Origin: Nitrospinales bacterium
Lineage (GTDB): Bacteria > Nitrospinota > Nitrospinia > Nitrospinales > VA-1
DNA length: 64,000 bases
Direction of reading: 5' to 3'
Assembly (NCBI GenBank): GCA_965223795.1
Contig: CBDCXL010000002.1
Span: forward strand, 2,400,001-2,464,000
Of the stretch, positions 59,032 through 64,000 are shown one piece after another. The position numbers were made by a program, and so were the translations under genes. The notes beneath the pieces were generated by a model that was not told the origin of the DNA, did not search any database, and was given only the letters and a program-made list of their open reading frames with translations. Position 1 is the first letter of the stretch. The number at the start of each line of letters is the position of its first letter.

Positions 59032-59414
59032 GTTCTATTTTCGCGCGGAGGAGATATTTTCTTTGGCAATCGGCATTCGCTCATCGGGTGCGATCGTTTT
59101 TCCGCAAATTTCCTCAATCAAGAGAACATCCTCACGCCGTTCCTCGCCGGAGGGGCGGTTCGCTCACATCGTGCAAAATTCTTTGCGGCGCTTCGAGCGT
59201 TGCCTTCGCGTGTGTCATTGTTGAAGTGGCGTCCTGCTTTTGCCATTCCCTGTTTTTGTCGAATGTATCCCCGCATTTGCCCCTGAGCCTGCACGCGCCG
59301 TTTCCTTCCGCTGGGACTCTCTGAAAAAATAGCCTATAATCATCTGCTTTCAACCGCCGCGTCCGCTTTCGCGAATTGAAAAATGCGGGCGCGCTTCACT
59401 CTCATTGCAATCGT

Positions 59415-61139
59415 ATGATGGAAGAAATTCATGCTCTGGCGCCGGTCATCGTGCTGTTGTTGTCCGGCATCGCCGCCCTCACGCTGATGCGGCCGCTGCG
59501 CATGAGCCCCATCGTGGGGTATCTGCTGGCGGGAATTCTCATCGGACCGCACGGCCTGGGTTTGATTGAGGAAAGCGGTACGACCCACCTGCTGGCGGAG
59601 CTGGGGGTGGTGTTTCTGCTGTTCGACATCGGCCTGCATTTCTCCATGCAGCACATCTGGGACGCCCGCCGGGAGATTCTGGGGCTGGGTCCGATTCAGG
59701 TGCTGTTCTGCACGGTGGCGCTGGCGGGGCTGGCTCTGCTGTTCGGCTTCGAGCCAGGGGTGGCCCTGCTCATCGGCACGAGTCTCGCGCTGTCCTCGAC
59801 GGCGGTGGTGTTCCAGGTGCTGGCGGGCTACAACCAGAGCCAGTGCCCGGTGGGTTCGGGCGCCATATCGGTGCTCATCTTTCAGGACATCTGCGCCATC
59901 TTCCTTCTGATCTTCGCCGGTTCCTACGGCGAGGGCAGCGCCTCTCTCGGCGCCACGCTGGGAACCGCGGCGCTGAAGGCGCTGGGGGCGTTTCTGCTGG
60001 CCATCCTGATCGCGCATTTTTTCGCGACGCCGGTGTTCAGGATGCTGGCGAAAAACAAGGACGAGGAGATCTTCACCGCGGCGGCGCTGCTGATGGTGCT
60101 GGCGACGGCGGCCGCGACCGGGGGGATCGGGCTGTCCCTCACGCTGGGGGCGTTTCTGGGCGGCATGATCATCGCCGAGACGCCGTACCGGCACATCATC
60201 AAGACGGAGGTGAAACCGTTCCGCGGCCTGCTTCTGGGATTTTTTTTCATCACCGTGGGCATGGGGCTCAACACGCACACGCTGCTCGCGTCCTGGTGGC
60301 AGGTGCTGCTGATCGTCGCGCTGATGCTGTCGGTGAAAATCCTGTTCGTGTTTTTCGCCGCGCTGGCGCTGCGCTCCCCGACGCGCACGTCGCTGCAGCT
60401 GGGCTTTCTGCTCTCCCAGGGCAGCGAGTTCGCGTTTGTTGTTTTTTCGGTGCCGGGGGTCGCGCAGGCCCTGGGGGCGGACCTGGCTTCGGTGCTGATC
60501 AGTGCGGTGGCGCTCAGCATGGCGCTGACGCCGCCGCTGGCCGAGTTCGGCCACCGTTTCGCCGACCGCATCGCGCTCAAAAAAGCCGAGGCGCGTGTTG
60601 CCGAAGCGCGGCAGGAGACCGGCGAGGACCGCAATGTCATCGTTCTGGGGATGGGGCCCATCGGCCGCACCGTCGCCGATGCGCTGGAAGCGCACGAAAT
60701 CTCCTACCTGGCGGTGGAGATGCGCCACGACCGCTTCATCCAGGCCAACACCGACGGCTATCCGGTGGTGTTCGGCGACCTCGCCGACTTGAGGCTGATG
60801 GAAACCGTCGAAATGGCGCACGCCGACACGCTGGTGATCACCGAGCCGAGGCTGGAGGTCGCGAAAGAAGTGGCCCCGATCGCCAAGCAGCGCTACCCCA
60901 ACCTCAGGCGGCTGGTTTCGGTGAAGGATGAGGAACGGGCGCGGCCCTTCCGCGAGCTGTCGCTGGACCCGGTGATCGACCGCAGTTTCCCGCCGGGGCT
61001 CGATCTTTCGGTGGCCGTCCTGATGGCGCAGAACGTCTCCGATGAGAAGATCCAGAAATGGATGCAGCGCCAGCAGGCGCGCGCCCTGGATGAGAAAGCC
61101 GAGCTGGAGCCGTTCGCCTTTTCCTTCCAGAAAGCCTGA
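59415..61139 (+). CDS. CPA2 cation:proton antiporter with TrkA-N domain (KefB/KefC-like)
   Basis: GYLLAGILIGP, AELGVVFLLF, LSSTA, FQD, SQGSEFAF, GMGPIG. Confidence 0.92.
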   Translation: MMEEIHALAPVIVLLLSGIAALTLMRPLRMSPIVGYLLAGILIGPHGLGLIEESGTTHLLAELGVVFLLFDIGLHFSMQHIWDARREILGLGPIQVLFCTVALAGLALLFGFEPGVALLIGTSLALSSTAVVFQVLAGYNQSQCPVGSGAISVLIFQDICAIFLLIFAGSYGEGSASLGATLGTAALKALGAFLLAILIAHFFATPVFRMLAKNKDEEIFTAAALLMVLATAAATGGIGLSLTLGAFLGGMIIAETPYRHIIKTEVKPFRGLLLGFFFITVGMGLNTHTLLASWWQVLLIVALMLSVKILFVFFAALALRSPTRTSLQLGFLLSQGSEFAFVVFSVPGVAQALGADLASVLISAVALSMALTPPLAEFGHRFADRIALKKAEARVAEARQETGEDRNVIVLGMGPIGRTVADALEAHEISYLAVEMRHDRFIQANTDGYPVVFGDLADLRLMETVEMAHADTLVITEPRLEVAKEVAPIAKQRYPNLRRLVSVKDEERARPFRELSLDPVIDRSFPPGLDLSVAVLMAQNVSDEKIQKWMQRQQARALDEKAELEPFAFSFQKA

Positions 61140-61338
61140 TCGCCCCCTGTGGCGGCGTCATCCCAATTTTGTCAGACAGCACTGTCAAAAAAAAGCAAGT
61201 GTGCACAAATTGGTACAGGTGACGGGGTGGCCGGAATGCGGTAAACCTTTGGTAACTTGTTGATTTGTATGTGGTATTCCATTTGGCATGATGTTGGCAC
61301 CTTTGAGGGTGACTGCCAACTTCAGAAGGATGGAAACC

Positions 61339-61563
61339 ATGAAATGCGAATACTGGTTTATGAATCTGGCCCAGGAGGACAGCGAAATCGACGCCAATTT
61401 CACCATCAAGACGCTGATGGAAGCAGGCTGGGAATTTGTGGCCAACGGCGGTGAAGACAGCGGCGAAGTGCTGATATTCAAGAAAAAAGTGGACCGTCCC
61501 AACGCTCTGGAAGAGGATCTCAATGTGGGATCGATCAACGAGATGGGCCAGCCCCTGGTCTGA
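61339..61563 (+). CDS. Small hypothetical protein
   Basis: RBS AGAAGGA; MKCEYW..AGWEFV..LIFKK. Confidence 0.6.
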   Translation: MKCEYWFMNLAQEDSEIDANFTIKTLMEAGWEFVANGGEDSGEVLIFKKKVDRPNALEEDLNVGSINEMGQPLV

Positions 61564-61742
61564 TACCCGATTTTTCCGGATTGCGTGCTTTTTTTACGCG
61601 ATCCGTTGTTCCTGCTGACTGTCCGCTGTTTCGGCTTTGCGTGTGTGTGCAAAGCTTTCCCTTATGCTTCTCTTTTGAACTCCCGTTTGGATCGACGCCG
61701 GTTTTTGCGCCCGCCTGTTTCAATGAAAACAGGCACGGGCAT

Positions 61743-63446
61743 TCACCCCGTATCGCGGGCTGAAGCGTCCGGTTTGCGCCGCTCCGTGACCGGCTGCTCT
61801 TCGTATTTGAAACCCTCCTCGATGATTCTTTGAATTCCCTGTTCCAGCCAGCGGGTCAGGTTCTCATGCGGGGCCAGACCATCACGGTTCATCTCATACG
61901 TCAGTCCCTCGAAAAATTCGTCGTAGCGGCCGCTGCCGTAGAGGCGGTTGGAGATGATGAGCGTGCGCCCGGTTTCGCTGCCTTCCTGAATGAGCGCGCG
62001 GATGTTCTTGAGCGCCTGCTCGCGTTTGTCCGGCCAGTCTTCCCGGACTGTCAGCCCCCGGATGTCCTTGAACGGGACTTCGGTGTTTTTTTGAATGTAG
62101 TCCGCGTGTATCTGCATGATGGTTTTCCACTCGGCGTCCTTTTTGTCATCGCGCGATCCGTGCGCGATGAGCAGAACGCGTTCCCACGCAGGGTCGCGGC
62201 TTACGGCCATCACACGTTCCCGCAGGATCTCGCAGATCAGCGCATCCTCTTCATAGCCGCCGAATGTGGCGAACACCGCTCCGGAGCGCACCTGGGGCGG
62301 AGGCTCGGCTCCCCCTCTCTGGCGCGGGGGGTGGGGCGTCGATCCCAGTATGTAATCGACCTGTCCCCTGAACTGATCCTTGAGGGAATACATACGCACC
62401 ACGACGACCTTGCGGATGCCTTCCCGCTCCAGCGTCTGGACCGCGTCCTGCAGCGTCCAGGCATCGGCCATGCCGTAAGCCATCTCTACGCGGTAATGCC
62501 GCTTGAGAGGCGCGATGACTTTTTCCACAGCGTCGTTGTAGGGTTTTTGCGCTCCATGCGGCATGATGACCACGCCCACCTGCTGCGGGGTTGTTGCGAC
62601 ATAAAGGTTGGCGGTTTTTCTCATCCAGTGCATGACGTTTGGATGCTGCAGAATCTCTTCGGAAGCGAAGGTCAGATCGTGGTCTTTGAATTTGTTCGCA
62701 AGCCAGTGGGTCAGAGACATGCGGTGAGAAAATTTGGGGCCGAGCGCAAAGGGGATCAGGATCGTATTTCCTTTTTTGGCGGCTGACTCGATGATCCGCC
62801 GGTCGGTCTCCTCGTTTTTCTGCTTGCGCAGTTTTTCCTCGGCGCCGTAGTTGTAATACAGCATCACTTCAGCTTTGCGGAACGGCAGCCGGTCTGTGGC
62901 GTATTGCAAAATGGGTTGCAGCTCCTTGCCGATGGCTTTTTCGGAGGCTGCGTCCATCGGACCCATTGCGAGTAAAATCAGCCGTTCTTTTTCAGGTTCG
63001 CGGCTCCATTGCCGGACCCGGTCGAGAAAAATCTGCGCGGTCAGATAACTGGCGGCCATCGGCTTTGCCCATTGCACTACGGGCTTGAATGCTTTTTTCG
63101 CCGCGACCAGCCCCCGCGCCACATCCAGAGCAGGATTGGAGGCGGTCAAATAAAGCGGAACGGCGACCACCCGCTCGACGTTCATGCCTGCCAGCCGGTT
63201 CATGGCTGCTTCGAAATAGGGCGCGTAATCGCGGTCGGGCCCCCCGTAGCCCCGGCCCACGTAAGCAAGAGCGGCCGGGTAGTGGCGGGCGAATTCCGCG
63301 AACAAGGCGTCCACTTCACGGTTGCCCAGAAAGCCCCGGTCCGGCGCAACGACCAGGAATCCGGTTTTTGCAGGGGGGGCGGCAAATGAGGCACCGGTCC
63401 AGGAGAGCAGGACAGCCAGCATGGTGAGAAGAAAGGTCTTTTTCAT
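61743..63446 (-). CDS. Exported CbiX/class II chelatase-like protein with duplicated domains
   Basis: Signal ASFA; VVAVPLY, IMPHG, MAYGMAD, LIAHGS. Confidence 0.7.
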   Translation of the reverse strand: MKKTFLLTMLAVLLSWTGASFAAPPAKTGFLVVAPDRGFLGNREVDALFAEFARHYPAALAYVGRGYGGPDRDYAPYFEAAMNRLAGMNVERVVAVPLYLTASNPALDVARGLVAAKKAFKPVVQWAKPMAASYLTAQIFLDRVRQWSREPEKERLILLAMGPMDAASEKAIGKELQPILQYATDRLPFRKAEVMLYYNYGAEEKLRKQKNEETDRRIIESAAKKGNTILIPFALGPKFSHRMSLTHWLANKFKDHDLTFASEEILQHPNVMHWMRKTANLYVATTPQQVGVVIMPHGAQKPYNDAVEKVIAPLKRHYRVEMAYGMADAWTLQDAVQTLEREGIRKVVVVRMYSLKDQFRGQVDYILGSTPHPPRQRGGAEPPPQVRSGAVFATFGGYEEDALICEILRERVMAVSRDPAWERVLLIAHGSRDDKKDAEWKTIMQIHADYIQKNTEVPFKDIRGLTVREDWPDKREQALKNIRALIQEGSETGRTLIISNRLYGSGRYDEFFEGLTYEMNRDGLAPHENLTRWLEQGIQRIIEEGFKYEEQPVTERRKPDASARDTG

Positions 63447-63855
63447 TGGAAACCTCTAAAAATCAGGCGTGTTCGAGTTCCCTCCGATATCGGGGCCAGA
63501 TTCTGTTCCTGCTCCCTTCAGGGAAAGCGAGCCGAAACCGGGCCCGTCCATGCTCGGACACGGCAGGCCCCGGGTGGAAGAGGGGGAGGTGCGGGGGGCT
63601 TTTTTAAATGAACTTGATTGTCATTTTCAAAAACTAGCACATTCTCTGCTTTTGTCAAACCTTTTTCATTTTCCCGGGCGGACGGCACCCCGCTTCAAAG
63701 GTTGCTCCCGGCTTCCAGGTTTGAGACCGGCGTGCGCGCGCCCGAGTGTTTTTTTGCTGACGCTGTCGCCCGGTTTGCGGGAGCCTGTGCGCATCAGCGC
63801 GGGTATATTCTTTATTTTTGACTTGAAGGCGGCAGGGATCGAACAACCTTAAATG

Positions 63856-63884
63856 CAAAAAACGGAACCGGTTCCCGTTTTTTG
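63856..63884. terminator. Possible bidirectional terminator
   Basis: CAAAAAACGG...CCGTTTTTTG inverted repeat. Confidence 0.5.
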
Positions 63885-64000
63885 TTCACAAGTGACTTGA
63901 AGGGTTATGCGAAGCGCAAGGCGGCAAAGGCCGTCCTCACTTTCCTGAATTCTCTGGTATAATCCCTCCATTCACAGCCCTTTCAACTCCATTTCTCCAC

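Noticed and set aside
63822..63850. Minus-strand GTTCGATCCCTGCCGCCTTCA resembling a tRNA/tmRNA 3' end or att site
   Set aside because: The T-stem does not pair, there is no cloverleaf or CCA, and no integrase is nearby.
63450..63860. Cobalamin riboswitch upstream of the chelatase-like gene
   Set aside because: I could not find the B12-box or GCCACTG core on the minus strand.

Overview
A 64-kb, moderately GC-rich chromosomal segment of a diderm (outer-membrane) bacterium. The gene repertoire (SUMF1-domain, DUF3365 cytochrome, pentapeptide, many stand-alone receivers) is reminiscent of Nitrospinota, but that is inference only. I found no rRNA, tRNA, CRISPR or transposase. The most striking locus is 14.2-31.3 kb, a probable surface-glycan synthesis, export and recycling system: CBM-like/TIM-barrel protein, TPR + beta-barrel porin, GT2 synthase, HEAT protein, receiver, Na+/solute symporter and GH94-like phosphorylase. 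Embedded in it is an exosortase cassette behind a sigma-54 promoter. The cassette has two tandem small secreted proteins ending in an unfamiliar sorting signal (WCxxxPDxCKPPTVSELP-TM-RRR), an exosortase with Ser at the usual catalytic Cys position, and an EpsI domain fused to a six-hairpin glycosidase-like domain. Other points of interest: three Hsp20 genes (two with export signals), a RiPP-precursor-like peptide beside an HExxH peptidase in an AT-richer islet, two copies of a REP-containing MITE-like element, several unannotated small ORFs and a candidate structured sRNA. All family assignments are from motif recognition, not database searches.
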